Shown here in pieces: positions 63,992 to 64,000 of a stretch of 64,000 nt of DNA. The stretch comes from an uncultured Candidatus Saccharibacteria bacterium (GTDB taxonomy: Bacteria; Patescibacteriota; Saccharimonadia; Saccharimonadales; CAYUUR01): NCBI GenBank assembly GCA_964448075.1, contig CAYUUR010000001.1, forward strand, positions 1,785-65,784. Direction: 5' to 3'. The translations under genes were made by a program, and so were the position numbers. The number at the start of each line of letters is the position of its first letter. Positions within the stretch are counted from its first letter, which is position 1. The notes beneath the pieces are model-generated. The model was given only the letters and a program-made list of their open reading frames with translations. It was not told where the DNA came from and did not search any database.

Positions 63992-64000
63992 TTTGGACTC

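Overview
Gene-dense stretch of a streamlined bacterial chromosome, almost entirely on the minus strand. I infer a CPR/Patescibacteria, Saccharibacteria-like organism; this is not a database hit. The supporting gene content is: no rpmD (L30) between rpsE and rplO, no adk/map after secY, an Rpf+LysM muralytic protein, ThyX-based dTMP synthesis, and Lys/Ala-rich tails on several r-proteins.

Layout:
- Left third: envelope genes (VanY-like, two GT4, AI-2E), cysS, nrnA-like, recR, ybaB, dnaB, dnaX, rplJL, dcd plus a tmk::thyX fusion, then secE-nusG-rplKA.
- Middle: a 6.5-kb integrative element in tRNA-Trp with 20-bp direct repeats. It carries a large serine recombinase, Xis, and Rep-like, SpoVG-like, GT8 and DUF4238-like genes. 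It is followed by rdgB, rpf, rpmG, a tRNA-Thr/Tyr/Thr cluster, holB, rluD-like and trpS.
- Right third: rplM-rpsI, the alpha/spc/S10 ribosomal super-operon, tuf, fusA, rpsG.

Most notable observations:
1. The recombinase ORF of the tRNA-Trp element crosses the att core and stays in frame at both junctions.
2. Three ~77-nt structured repeats trail both tRNA-Thr genes. Each ends in a copy of its own tRNA's acceptor 3' strand, and the hairpins differ by compensatory base changes.
3. Nine small orphan ORFs (16 in the whole window) sit co-directionally in normally invariant junctions (nusG|rplK|rplA, rpsG|fusA|tuf|rpsJ|rplC). One carries a duplicate of the rplA translation-initiation leader.
4. There is a riboswitch-like promoter / long hairpin / antiterminator / terminator unit, and a separate ~125-nt orphan promoter-terminator unit.

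No rRNA, CRISPR array or transposase was seen. All calls rest on reading the sequence and remembered family motifs; no searches were run.
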